DNA of 64,000 nucleotides from Cladosporium halotolerans (Eukaryota). The stretch is taken from assembly GCF_011745625.1 (NCBI RefSeq), contig NW_027191483.1:186001-250000 (forward strand), in the 5' to 3' direction. Made by a program: the position numbers and the translations under genes. Numbering within the stretch: position 1 is the first letter of the stretch; every line of letters starts with the position of its first letter. The notes beneath the pieces are model-generated. The model was not told the DNA's origin and did no database searches. It saw only the letters and a program-made list of their open reading frames with translations. Shown here piece after piece: positions 23,779-36,602 of the stretch.

Positions 23779-24086
23779 CGTTGGCACTCACGTGATCACG
23801 TCGCGCTCATGGCATTTTCCACGTTGGCGAACCGGCATTGGGACGGCGCATTGAATGAGGTTTAGATTCATGCTGCTTCTTTTGAGCACAGTAATATCAA
23901 CAATAGATGGTTTCGGCCTAGCCGGCACAAAATTCGTGGCTGTTATCACTTAAGCTCTCCCATTTCGGAGGGTATCTATGAATGCTCCACCAACGCCGCG
24001 CTAAAAATCATAACATGTAGACAGAGGCACTCTCGCTACTGGGCACGACAAATGCCCCAAATGACAAGCCCGCTCGCGAAACCCAA

Positions 24087-25102
24087 TCAAAGCAAGCCTT
24101 TTCCCGCTCCACCTCTCCAATTGCCCATTCCAGAATTGACCACCACTCGCTCCTCAAGTTCAGACTGCGTAGGCTGCCTCCCGCTCTCATCTGTGCCATC
24201 CAGCGCCATCGAGTAGTCCCCGCCACTCGAATCCGTCACATCCTTCAGCACATCGTCGAACAGCATTTCCGGCGCCGGCCGCTTTCTCCCCGCCCCGTCT
24301 CTGACTTTTCCCATTCCCGCCAACGGCGCACTGCTTCTCCTCCTGCTCTCCGCTTTCATCGCGCCCGCCTTCGCTGCGGCCGCGAGCTTGCGCAGAGCTT
24401 GTTCCGCAAGCATACCTTCCTCCGTAGCCTTCTCGCGCATCTTGCGCGCGTCCTTCTCTCGAGTTGGGAAGACTGCTGTTTCTTTCCAGGCGTGTTGAGG
24501 CGGTAATCGCGGGAAATGCGCGGGGATGTATTGAGGCTGTTTTTCGAGAAGTAGTGGTTGTAAAAGGGCTGAGAGGTCGGGTGCTGGCGCCGGAGGAGGC
24601 CCAGGTTGTGGTATTGAGGGATATGAGACGGCTTCGGGAATTGGTACGTCGAGTTGAGGTGTTAAGAGAGAGGCCGAGCGCGTGTTTGGCATGTGGGCGA
24701 GCGCCATTCGGAAGTCTTGCGCTGTGGGTGATGGGCGGCGGTGTGTCTGCATTGATGTTCGCACGTCGGATAGGAGGCTGAGCATATCTGGTGGATTGTC
24801 AGCGTTTGCCGCAGTCATGGAGCATGCGCAGACGACTCACATTCTTCCGTGTGCGCTCTAAACATCTCGAGAGCGGTTGGTTTGACGCTGTCGAAGCCCG
24901 CCAGGGTGAGAGCAGCCGTGATGCTTTTGAGCAATTGACCTTCCGCGAACTCAGGATCTTGTGGCGCAGGCTCTGTCTCGTCGGGCAATTGCTGGACATG
25001 GTGCAGTTGGTGGTGGATCTTCTGCTTCTTCGGGGAGTTGTCGTCCAAGCCAGCCTGTGAGGTTGAGCGTTTCATGTCGGTATCTGAGCTTGTCGCGGCC
25101 AT
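24087..25102 (-). CDS. TAF8: TFIID subunit 8 (bromodomain-associated histone fold plus TAF8 C-terminal domain)
   Basis: Intron 24788-24840. Motifs AGFDSVKPTALEMFRAHTEEYML, RRPSPTAQDF, YIPAHFPRLPPQHAWKET, REKATEEGMLAEQALRKL. Confidence 0.88.
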
Positions 25103-25431
25103 GATGGGCTCAACCGCCGAGTAGGAGCAAGCTGCTGCCCTGTATGGTAGCAGTCAAGTGTGTTCTGAAAGCAAACAGCGGCTGATGTTGCATGTCAAGC
25201 ATGTGAAAGTGGTCCAGCCGCGAGCTGCTTGCACGCGCATCTCGGATGACCTTCCCGCGTTTCGAGTCTCGCGACACCACCACCCCACCAAGAGTTGTGA
25301 CGAGATGAACTCTTGACTAGCGATTAACCAACATTCAAGCAATTGGAGCTCTCTACACTACAGTGCCTACTTTTCGTGTGTTACTCAGCGACCGAGTTTG
25401 AGGTAAACACATTGGCTCGACGGCAGCCATC

Positions 25432-27174
25432 ATGGCGACCATCGAAGCCCTCTACATCTTCGACGAACACAAGTACGTAAGTAGCCTCGCAATCGCATAC
25501 TGTGTCGTGCGCTCATGCTAACAATGGTTCAGCAACCTCATACTCAACAATGTCTACACCGGCCGACCACCTCCTCCCTCGACGCTCCTCCCGCTCTATC
25601 TACAACAACCCTCGCCTCGCCCTAGTCTCACATACATCACGTCGACAAGCCCGCCGACTCTTCTCTTCTCCATAATCCAGGACAACCTCTTGTTCCTCTC
25701 GCCTTCAAGCTCCGACACTGAGCCTCTCCTCGTTCTGGAGTTTCTCCATCGAGTAGCAGATGCGCTCGAAGAATTCCTCGGATCGCCTCTACTCGCCAGC
25801 AGAATCACAGCTAGCTACGATGTTGTTGCACAAGTCGTGGCCGAGATGGCAGATGCGGGGATCGTATGCCAAGGCGAGGCCAACGTACTAAGAGATGTGG
25901 TGGAAACTGGGCCGGGTGTCCTGGATAACATCCTCGGAAAGGTCGGGCTGCCAGGCTCAAGTCCGGGCTTGGGAGCTACACCGTCTAGTGCCGGCATTCT
26001 GCAACGACCGCAGCAGCAAGCACTCAGTAGCCAAGGCTCTGCGATTCCGTGGCGCCGGAGCAATGTGCGACATACCAGCAATGAGCTTTACGTGGACATC
26101 GTGGAATCGCTGTCAGTGACGCTGGCTCCTTCGGGCCGCCCACTGGCTGCTTTCGCAAACGGCAGTATCGTGTTCACTTCAAAAGTCAGCGGTATACCGG
26201 ATTTGAACCTGAATCTGTCGACTGGTGGGAAAGGCGCAGGCATGGGCAACAGAGGCGATCAACTGCGGTCGATCATGGAGCGCGTGGTGTTCCACCCGTG
26301 TGTTCGCCTCAACAGATGGAAAAGCGATGGCGCAATCAGCTTCGTGCCACCAGATGGCCGCTTCGCTCTGTGCGGATACGAAGCAGATCTTCTCGGGCCC
26401 GGTTCACCCCTCACCACAGATCAGCGCTCAGCGCCTAAACTGGATCTCCCCGCTCACATTGAAATGTCAACTGGTCTCGGCGCAGCGGGCAACGAGTTCG
26501 AAGTACGCCTCACATTGCCCTCGTCCACCCGGTCAGCTGCAGTCGCAAGTCTGCAGTCAAGTCTAGGCAACTCCAGTCGACCAGGCGCCTTCCGCTCCAC
26601 CTCAGGAACCGAGAACAAGGGGCCTGCTGTCGAAGAACTGACAGTACGCATACCAATTCCTCCGAACACCCGCAATTTCTCCGATATCCGCCCAACCAAA
26701 GGCGAAGCTCACTGGTCACTTGTTGATAGTTGCGTAGAATGGAAGATCCCTTCGAAAGAGGTCGCTACTATCTCCTCCGCTGGCGCCGTCCTCCGCTGCG
26801 CAGTACAAGGACCCGTATCAGACGAAGACGATGAAGCCCAGGATGACACGGCTACCAACGGGATGACAGCCACTACGTACGACTACGACGACGATGCTCC
26901 TTCGAGCTACCAGGCACAGTCTTCCGCGCCTGCGTCGAGATCCAATGGCGCTGGCGAGACGACCGGTAGGGCCAGAGTGGATAAGAACCGTGATCTCATG
27001 CCTACGGCGGCGATGCTCAGTTTCAGCGTCAAGGGATGGCTGGCAAGTGGGCTGAAGGTTGAGAGTTTGCTGGTGGACACGAAGAAGAGTAAGGGTCTGG
27101 GTGCTGAGGTGAAGCCCTACAAGGGCGTGAAGTACTTGACTGTGAGCAAGGACAGGATTGAGGCGAGATGCTAG
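25432..27174 (+). CDS. APM3: AP-3 adaptor complex medium (mu3) subunit
   Basis: MATIEALYIFDEH, intron 25473-25532. EPLLVLEFLHRV..LEEFLG, IPWRR..V.HTSNELYVDIVE, FHPCVRL, SFVPPDGRF, SGLKVESL and YKGVKYLT are mu-homology motifs of mu3 type. Confidence 0.9.
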
Positions 27175-28132
27175 CCGGGTGCATATTAGAGATGGACATC
27201 TTCGAATTTCTGGCCCCTTGCGCTTCTGAAGCATTGTTGCAGCCGTTTGCCTCGTGCGGGTTCTCTCTGGCCCGTCCATATATCATCTAACTAAATTGAG
27301 ATCACCAGACAGTCCGCGACCGTTATGCTCTATATTTATATTATTGTCTTCTGATTTGCCTGATATTGTACGTCGAAAATGCAGTAGCTACTGATCAAAC
27401 GAACCCATTTCTTACCTTACTGTTCAAGGGCTACACGCACAGTGATGTAATCCTGAGTATCAGTCGCGGTGAAGCGTGCCGAGGCGCTCGGTCGATTTCG
27501 TCGCCTACCCCAAAGATCCTCCGCGAAGCTTGTCGTGCCGATTGCGGCTTAGCGAAGGTTATGTCCGCGAGTGACATCTTGGCCGCCGTACGCGTGGCAA
27601 TTCGATCGCCCACCGCGTACCTGCAGCCGTCCGTTCCCTCTCATGGTTCCTCGGAAGATTATTGTTTCTTGCTGGGGACAGCCTTGTTCAGATGGCATAT
27701 CGCCGCCCTCCGACATCCTCCTCGCACGCATCCCCCCTATAGCGCACGGAGGACAGCTCATCTGCGCGAAAGCGTTTCTCAAGGGTGCAGCTATTATTAA
27801 CATTCGGCATCACGCGGCCGTGGGTGGCCCGTATACGAGCCACCGTTGCCCGATGCGGTAGAGCTCAACCGCGCCCTCCGCCCTCTGGCTCTGCCCAGTA
27901 CTCGAGCCCTGCCAATCGTGGGCTAGACTCTCATGCGGGTCGGGAGACAGCGTCACCTACGTAGGTACTCGGTTTTGGTACCCTTTGCTCAACTGCGTCC
28001 AGTAATAAACCTTTTTCGCGCCGCAGCTTTTCGTTTCTTGCTTGCTCTTCCCTCTTGTTGTGCACAGTCAACTCATTTTCCTTAATATTACATTTTCGTA
28101 ATTTTCATTTCGTAAATCACATCTCCTTCACA

Positions 28133-29117
28133 ATGCGTTTCACAGCCGCAGTCGCTGCCCTGGCAGCTTCTCTTCCCTTCACCACCGCATACTGGAAGGG
28201 CTTCAACATCGGCGCCAACAACGCCGACGGATCCTGCAAGACCACCGCCCAGTGGACCGAGGCCTTCAACAAACTGAAGGGCCTCCCCCAGCACATCACT
28301 TCCGTTCGCCTGTACGCCAGCTCTGACTGCAACACTCTCGCCAACGCCGTGCCCGCCGCGAAGAATACCGGCGTGCAAATCCTCGTTGGTGTCTGGGCCG
28401 AGGACAACAACCACTTCAACGCCGAGAAGCAAGCCCTGCTCAACGCTATCTCCGCCCACGGCAAGGACTGGATCCTCGCGATCTCCGTCGGCAGCGAAGA
28501 CCTCTACAGGAAGGACACTGACGCCAACACCCTCGCGAACAAGATCTACGATGTTAGGGGCATGGTTCGCTCCGTCGGCGTGCAGGCTGAGGTCGGCCAC
28601 GTGGATACCTGGAATGCTTGGGTTGACGGTGCCAACGCTGCTGTGATCAAGGCTTCTGACTTCATTGGCATGGATGGGTGAGTTTCTTCTCAGATCCTAT
28701 TGAATCATGATCACTCTCTGACACTCCCGATAGATACCCCTACTTCCAGAACGCCGCCATCGGCAACGCTGCCAATGTCTTCTGGCAATCCGTCGACGCA
28801 ACCCGCAACGCCGTCAACAAGGTCTCTCCCGGCAAGTGGGTCTGGGTCACCGAGACCGGTTGGCCCGTCTCTGGTCCCAGCTCCGGTGCTGCTGTACGTT
28901 CAATCACCGTTGCAATCAATAACAATTGAACAATCCGTTGACAATCATACAGGTCGCCTCCGTCAAGAACGCCCAGACTTTCTGGCGCTCCGTCGCGTGC
29001 CAGGCCTTCAACCAGGTCCACATCTTCTGGTACTCCTACCAGGACTACCACCAGAGCCCCAGCTTTGGCATCTTTGACAAGAATGGCAACGCCATCTACG
29101 ATCTTTACGGCTGCTAG
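28133..29117 (+). CDS. Secreted GH17 beta-1,3-glucanase/glucanosyltransferase
   Basis: Signal peptide. VRLYASSDC, ISVGSEDLYR (acid/base), GHVDTW, GMDGYPYFQ, WVTETGWP (nucleophile). Introns 28678-28733 and 28894-28952. No GPI tail. Confidence 0.93.
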
Positions 29118-29741
29118 ATTCCTCGAGCTCTCTAAAGCTTGTAAGAAAAATTGCATAGTGGCGGACGATTTCGTATCTTATTTTCGTAGAACTTGGTAAT
29201 TTTAAACCACCACACGGATTTCCGTATATGAAACACCATCTCTGTTATTTATTTTAATCTTCCAGTATCTCTCCAGATGCGCCCGGAGGTGCCCGCCCAG
29301 GTAATCAGGCTGCAGCAGCGGCTGCCTGCGCCTGAGGCTGAGTCAGTGGGGTTCGCGAGTGCACCTGCACATTTATCATATATGAAACGTATGATCATAT
29401 AAAAAGTATACACTGGCATACAAAAACGCTGCTCTCCCACAGGTCGAATCCCAGAAAATATCCATCCCTCCACGAGTCCCAGAATGCGACGCTCTCTCAT
29501 TCCCAGCCCAAACATTTACTGACCACTCCGCTGACTCCATTCACTTACACCTGACCCGCCGCGCCCATCTCAGTCACAGTCACATGCGCGCGCCTGACGT
29601 ATCTCACACGCCGCTCGCGCATCGCAGCGCCGCGCAGCGCAACCCAATCCAAACCCACAGCATCGCACTGCGTCCTTGACACCCCACCCAAGACCCTCAA
29701 CATTGAAAGACAACCCAGCAACCAAGAGAAACCCAGCAAAG

Positions 29742-30708
29742 ATGCCCCCTTCCAAACGCCGCAAAACCCAACCCACCCGCTTCCCCTGCCACACCTGCCT
29801 CTCCGATCGCGCTTCCCGGCAGTTCCCAGACTACAACCCGACCGAGGCCTGCGCGCACCTGATCAACACCTGCACGGCATGCCTACGGCACTACGTCGAG
29901 TCAAAAGTCGAGGGCGAGGGTGGCGCGGTAGCGAAGCCGGGGAGTGGTGTGCAGTGTCCGCAGTGCGAGGAAGTCATGGATAGGGGGGATTTGAAGATGG
30001 CGATGTCGAAGAAGGGGTGGGAAAGGTGAGTTTTATTTTTGCCATCTTGAGGGAGAGCTGAGGGCTGATGTCGCTCTAGGTTCGAAGAGCTCGAGCGCCG
30101 CTGGATCGCCAACAACACACCCGGCTGGCGCTGGTGTCTGTCGCCGAAGTGCCGCGAGGGCCAGGTCCACGAGGAGAGCAGTCCGATGAGCGAGGCCGCC
30201 GCCCTCGCCGAACTCGGAGTCGACGCGATCTATTACAGCACGCTCGCCGACCGACGGACCAGGCCTAACGCGGCGGCGGTCTCGTGGCTCGTCAAGATCA
30301 AAGACAAGGTCAAAGCGATGCTCATGCCCCAGCCGGACATCTGTGCCTGCCATGCCTGCGGTGCGAAAGCGTGCGTGGCTTGCGATCGGCCGTGGCACGA
30401 GGGCGAGACTTGCGAGGCGTACCGGGCGCGGATTAAAGGCCGGGCGAGTGAGGAGGACGCGACGCTGGAGGTCATCCGGTCGCGAACAAAAGAGTGTCCG
30501 AAGTGTCAGAGGAGTATTGAGAAGAATGGCGGGTGTGCGCATATGATGTGTAAGTTTTGCGCTGCGAGGTTCGTGGGAGTGAACGAGAGCTGAGCTGACG
30601 TTTTTTATTCGTGCAGGTACGCAGTGCAGATGCCAGTTTTGCTGGAACTGCTTGGAGGTGATCAATTCGAAGAATCGGTATTGCGCGTGTCCTAGTTTTC
30701 GTGTGTGA
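29742..30708 (+). CDS. RBR (RING-IBR-RING) E3 ubiquitin ligase
   Basis: RING1 CHTC..CAH...CTAC..CPQC; IBR WCLSPKC..H..CHAC..CVAC..WH..C; RING2 CPKC..IEKNGGCAHMMCTQC.CQFCWNC with the catalytic Cys. Introns 30026-30079 and 30550-30616. Confidence 0.88.
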
Positions 30709-31036
30709 GGAAGGCGTGGACGCGGGTGCTGAGATTGGATGAGTCCGCTTTTGTTCAGTGGGGAAGCATGTTGATAATGAGCCTGGTGAGCAGACTACGC
30801 GATCCGCCCTCGAGGGCGGATGGTTATTGAAAACAAGCTGCATTTGTCTAGCCTTTGAATCATAGCTTTGCATTATGCAACAAGAAGACCGCGTGTTGCT
30901 GTCATTACAATGGTATCCAAAATCTCGTTCTGTGACCGAAGTAGGCCGCTCGTGTAACTCCACGCTAAGGAGGAAAAGATGACTACAAAAGAAAAGAAAT
31001 ATGCATTACCCAAAGGCGGTACTCCAGGTACCTCAC

Positions 31037-32441
31037 CTACACCTGCCCATACGGCTTCCTCGCTTCCTCCGGTCCAGTCACGATGATGTCGACGTTGGAC
31101 CGGGACCGATCCCAAGGCGCGTGCGAGTCACTGAACTCAGGCGGCGACTCCTGCATGTCCAAAAAAGTCTGCTGGGAGTCTCTTGCGTGTGCTCTTGGGA
31201 TGGGCGGCACAGGATCCAGACGCTCAGTGCTCTCGGTGTCCGAATCGGATTCCTTGGCTTTCGTTGAAGGTCGCCTGTGGTGGTACGGCTTCTCGGTCTC
31301 GATCGTGATCGTGTGCTGCAACTCGATGTTCTGCTGCGAGGCCAGGGTGCTCTTATTGGTGTCCCTATACTTGCTGCGGCTTGACAAGCTGTTGAGGGCC
31401 TTGTCTACAGTATCCTTGAGGTAGGCGCGGAAGAACGCGCGGAGCGATGGCAAGCAGTTGCAGATGATGGCTAGGTTCCATTCGAGGGCGGTCCAGAAGT
31501 ACACCCAAAATCCAACCCTTCAAACAGTCAGTATCTTTCTAGCATCATTCTTCGAGGATTCCGTTAACTTACCAAGTGGAATCGGTGTCTGTTCCAAGCT
31601 TGATCGAATGTGCGGTACGGAAGCCTGCTGCAACGATCACGATGATACCAAAGCTGAAGATGATGTTCAGCGCGAACTTCTGGCGTTTGGGCATATCCAG
31701 AGGCCAGATCATCGACCACGGCAGAAAGAGAGAGTAGCAATCACTGACGACGGCCAGAACACCGGCCGCGGTGTTAGAAGGCCTGGTATCTGCACAAGTC
31801 CAGTCCTCGGTGTAGGTAGGGTCGAACACCTTCCAGCTTGCTTCGACAGGCGTGCATGTCGCGAGAAGCATGATGCAGAAGCCGAGGGTCCAAGCCACTG
31901 TGAAGCCAATGGCAACCCATACGGACCACTTCCACCGGCGCTTGAAGGTGCCCTTGACCATGCGGCGGTAGAAAAGCAGAACGGAGATTCTGACCAGGCA
32001 GGTTCCAATGAGGAAGATGAATTGTCCCAACCAGGCACTCTGTTTGTCATTAGCTGAAAGGTCTCTTGAACAGATCTTGTTGCTCTGACATACCAATGCG
32101 ACGGTCGGGTAGTCCAGGGGGTTGACATCCCACATGTGACGACTCAAGGTACCATTTTCAGAAGACCAGCACACGACTCCAGTGAATGCGACCAGCAACA
32201 TCCAAGAGGGCAACAAGAGAGCATCATCCAGACCGAAGCCACCACCTCGTTGCCTCAATCGAAGGGTCAGTCGGATGGCCAGAAGAATCGTGCTAAACAC
32301 AAGTAAGGGAATGCAGTAGGCCGGCATCCATGTTCGTGTGATGCCGTGAGGGTATGCGTCGGTTTGCCATGCTATTAAGGTCTCAGGCGGAGGTACAATA
32401 ACATTTCCAATGGCTTCCTTGCCCAGAAGTTGCTTCGACAT
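31037..32441 (-). CDS. PTH11-like (fungal rhodopsin-domain) 7-TM integral membrane protein without CFEM
   Basis: FGLDD, RHMWDV, RISVLLFYRR, CTPVEASW, SDCYSLFLPW..IWPLDM..RQK, E.NLAIICNCLPSLR motifs. Introns 32040-32093 and 31518-31572. Confidence 0.88.
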
Positions 32442-35400
32442 GGTGGTGTGTGATTTCCGGGTGTAAAGGAAGCCCGGATCGTGGCGGCGCCCAGTTGGGG
32501 AGTGGGGTGGAGGAACTGTTTAAGAACAGGAGCTTGTCACGGCTGGGAAACCGCACGGCCGGATGGGCGTACCAGGGTGGCCCTTGTATCTCTGGGGAAG
32601 ATCGACTTTGAGACAAAGGAGGCGAAGGATGATTTTCCGAAGATTTAATCGACTACCGACCGGCAGGTATGTATGTATGCGACACAGGGTTGGGCATCCG
32701 GCGATCGGCCGTTACTGCGAATCATGACGATTCACAATGGTCGTCGTACACCGCGGCGCAACGGCATCGGCAACAGTTCGCAGGTTCCACATAGTTTCGT
32801 CCAAAACGAGCAGAATGGGGACGTCACGTTAGGTCTTCCGGTGTTGCGTGTCTCAACACGGTCAGTGCGGTAGGGCGGCCAAAGTTTGGTAGTTTGACTA
32901 GTGAAGAGGACTAAGAAAGCCACGAGGAGGGCGATCACGCGGATAGGTGGAGCAGAATGCGCTCGTGGAGATGTGGTCGCTTCAAGGCGCCACAAGCGCT
33001 CCTTCGGCTTGCCCGTAAATTGTGAGGTTGCACATAGAAAGCCGAAAGCCGAGGCGATATATCAAAACGGCTTCCATCATCTCGTGTTGAGAAATCTGAT
33101 CGCTCTGAGTCGAAACAAAATGGCGACAGAGGGAATCAAATCAGGAGTCAACGAGCCAGTGCCGAACAGTCTGCGAGATGACCCTGGTGCGGGTAACCTT
33201 GGTTCGGGTCCAGGATCCCCAAACGTGTGACTGCTGCACAAGCCGCCAGCGAACATTGCTCTCGCTGAGCCCTACCACACAGACCCATGGAGTCGCGCCT
33301 GGAGACGACGATCAATGGACTTGCCGCTACCGTAGGACCTCCTCGCTGCTCCTAAATCATGCGTTTGCCCACGAGGGCAGGCGGCGCTCGAGCCGCCTGC
33401 TTGATGCTTCTGACGGCGAGACGGTTGAGGCTAGCATAGCTGGTTGAACCAGGATCCTCTCCTTCCTCAAATGATTGCCGGGTCGCAAAAACCCGCCGGG
33501 TGTGGTGAATATTCTGCCCGGCACGGAAGCGGCCGCTGCAGGTGAAGTGTGGTTGGCAAGCCCGGATGTACTCCGAGAATGTATGAAGCCCCGGGTTTCA
33601 GGCGTGAAGCTCCTCACAGCCGCATGGCCGCTTGCAAACTCTGGTTAAGCCCTGAAAACCCTGGTGATATGCCCCAAAGCAGGGCAATATGCCGTTGTCA
33701 TTATAGAGCCTGCGGATTCAAAAGTCGACGTGCGCTGGTTGCGCGCACAGAAGGAGGATGAAATTCGGCGACCTAGCGTGTCTTCGGACCAACAACGTGG
33801 TCATTGCAAGGAGCCATTGGCGATCAGCATCCGTGCCCTGAGGGTCCTCGATGGAGCAACGCAGGCCTGACTCGACGCTGGTCATCTGGAGCGAACCGGC
33901 GCAAGTTGGCACGACACATAGCCCCGTAGGCGCGACCACCGGATTGGGGAACTTCTGTGTCCTATGGAGAGCACGCTGCCACGGCTGCCAAGTACCACCT
34001 GCACTCTCGTCGCGGCGGATCAACGTCGGTGGCAGAGTCGACACGGCAGACAAGGCGGCACGGTGGCACCAACGAAACGGCGGCATCAACGAGCTGGCGA
34101 CCCGGCTCCTGGAAGATGCATGTGGAGGTTAGAGGCATGACAGTAACAGCCTTAGTGACAATACGTTTCTTGGCTGTTGGTTTGTAAGGCAACATGTGTA
34201 TAGGTGCGTGCCGCAAGCCCTATTTGCTATCACTCTGCACCCTAAGTGCTCCTCAGCTGTCGCAAACGGCGTTTCTGATTCGAGTCGAGTATTTGTGTGC
34301 CCCTGCCCTTCCACTTGGTACGGCGTGACGGCGGCCCCCGAGCCATATCCGACCGAGTTGTGCAGCCTGAGGCAGACTGACCGGCCTGCACTCCGGCGCC
34401 AGGCCAACAACCTCCGACACCCGGCACTGCAGAAAGCACGGCAGTTTCAATCGCCATCTCAGGCTGCATCGGAGCCGCAAGGCTGTCTCGTCGACTCTAT
34501 TGGACTCCCTGCGCATGCTTGACGGTGCTTGTGTCCGCAGATCATCCCACGCCTCCCTGCCTCTGAGTCGGTACCGACACCGAATTCTCGACTCAGCACG
34601 ACGATCTCGACAGTGCTTTGTGGGTCTTCGTGGCCAGAGCGGACGAGCGGTCGTGCAGATCTGCATGATTCAGAGTTTGACAATTGCCCTACGCATATGA
34701 ATCCTGACGGAGTCCTTCGGGCGCACACGTGCCTGAGCCTGCTATCTGATTATGACTGATCTTCGCGCAGAGATGATGTGTGGTTCATCCATGGCGATCA
34801 TGATAGACGGGTGCGTGCGCGCTTCATCAGACTATGACCGCAATGACACGCTGCATGTCCTTTTGGCCACTTTCAACCCTTCCATGAATGCCGAGGTTCA
34901 GGACACAACGCGGGCTCGTTCTTTGGTTCAATGCACATCACCAATACCATGAACCCGGGTACACAGCAATAACGTGATTCCTCCTTGAATCCTAGTGTCC
35001 CTTTGCCATTCCTTCCTCACTCATCTGCCGAGGCATCAGATCGTCGAACCCATCCATTGGCACAGCAATGTTGATCCCTACATACCATCGGCTTGACACC
35101 TGCCAGCCCAACTAGTGATCCCACTCCCACATGGAGATCCTCCCATCGTTCACGCCAGAAATGCCTCGGTCCAACGCCTAGCTCAATTGACTCTCGAGCC
35201 GCAGTCGTGGCTACGATATCCGGCCCGGTGCTGTTCTCAGGACGCGCTGCCAGCAGCACGTGATACCGTAAACTCACATCGATGGACGGATTTGGCGCGA
35301 TATTGCCTGTTTCAGGTCGGATCAGAGGAAGTCTAGCATTCCAGTCCTGGACAGAAGTGACTTCCCTCCGGTACCAAGGAATCCATCGCAGAGAGACTGG

Positions 35401-35992
35401 GCCAGAAGCATCGGGTGCCTGGTCATTGGGAAAGTCCCTCGTCTCTCCCCTCGTCAACCACGCTTTGGCCCCTGCAACATAGTTACATATTCACATGGGC
35501 CAAACGCCTGAATGCTCCACATCCTATACAGCACAGAGCAAAGAGAGCGCACATCAATCACTGCGACGTGCCTACTGGTTCCATAAGCATCCCTCCCCAC
35601 ACTGACTCGCTCCCCCAGCCCCATCTCGAGAGCGCACCCGTCGTCGTCAGGCCCAAGTGATGCAAAGCACAGAACCGCCCTGAACACGTCCCTCGTCCTC
35701 CCAGCCCTCCCCTCCCCTCCGCTGTCACACGCCCGCCGCAGGACGCGCGCCAGGGGGCACCCTCCGCGGCGACGACAACAACACGTTCCTCGCCCCCGCT
35801 CCACCGCTCTAGCCGTAGCGCCGTGACTTGAAACGAGTCAGGCCCGCCGTGGAGGGCATGTCATGAGGACCGTTGGGATAGTTTGTGAACCTGACAGGTG
35901 ATTGAAGGTCAAAGTAGGGCTCTCTGCTGCAGGCGTTGGTATTTGTAATGTCGTGTACAAGTGCTGAGAGGGCGCGAAGGGACGCAGGCGGC

Positions 35993-36012
35993 AACCCCAA
36001 CCCTAACCCTAA
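35993..36012 (+). repeat. Short interstitial telomere-like repeat (AACCCC AACCCT AACCCT AA)
   Basis: aaccccaaccctaaccctaa, complementary to ~3 TTAGGG-type units, one of them variant. Confidence 0.6.
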
Positions 36013-36602
36013 GTCTTGGGGTCTTGGATGCCAGCACGTGGGATGAAGGGTGGTGGGTGGTTGATTTGTCGTGCGAATACACGTCAGGCCTTACAATGGT
36101 ATTTTACTGTGTCATTTTGTCTGGCAGGGGATCGCAAATCGAGGATCAAACCTCGTGGTTGAAGCACGAGCGTTGAATGGGTGCTGGCTTGGGGATTGTG
36201 TAGATTCTAAATATGCTACAAACATATGGCTGTCTGGTGTGATCATTCGGACTGAATACAACACACTGGGAAGTTTACATAATATCATTTTGTGGACTTA
36301 ATTCAGAGATGCAATGAAGGCTTGAAGAGGATATGCCATGCCATGCAAAGCGCTGACTTGACTAGAGCAGCGACTTAGCTGTGCTACGTTCGGAAATCAC
36401 AATCCATGAATCTCCCCAATCAAGACCGACTAGGAGACGTCAAATCTCCCTTGGCCTTGCCGGTGATTTTCAACAACTTTCCGCTCTACCAACAAAATCA
36501 TGTATACATCAAATACACAGCCTTTTCCCCCCTCCCCTCCCCAAAATCCAACGATACAAGAAATCGAAAACCCTTTCCCCCCCTCGGGCAAAAACCAACC
36601 CT

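Noticed and set aside
35428..35925. GGGAAAGTCCCT ... AGGGCT resembling the RNase MRP/P P4 helix
   Set aside because: No GARAR-loop hairpin after the first motif and no evident P1 pairing, so likely chance. An Rfam scan would settle it.
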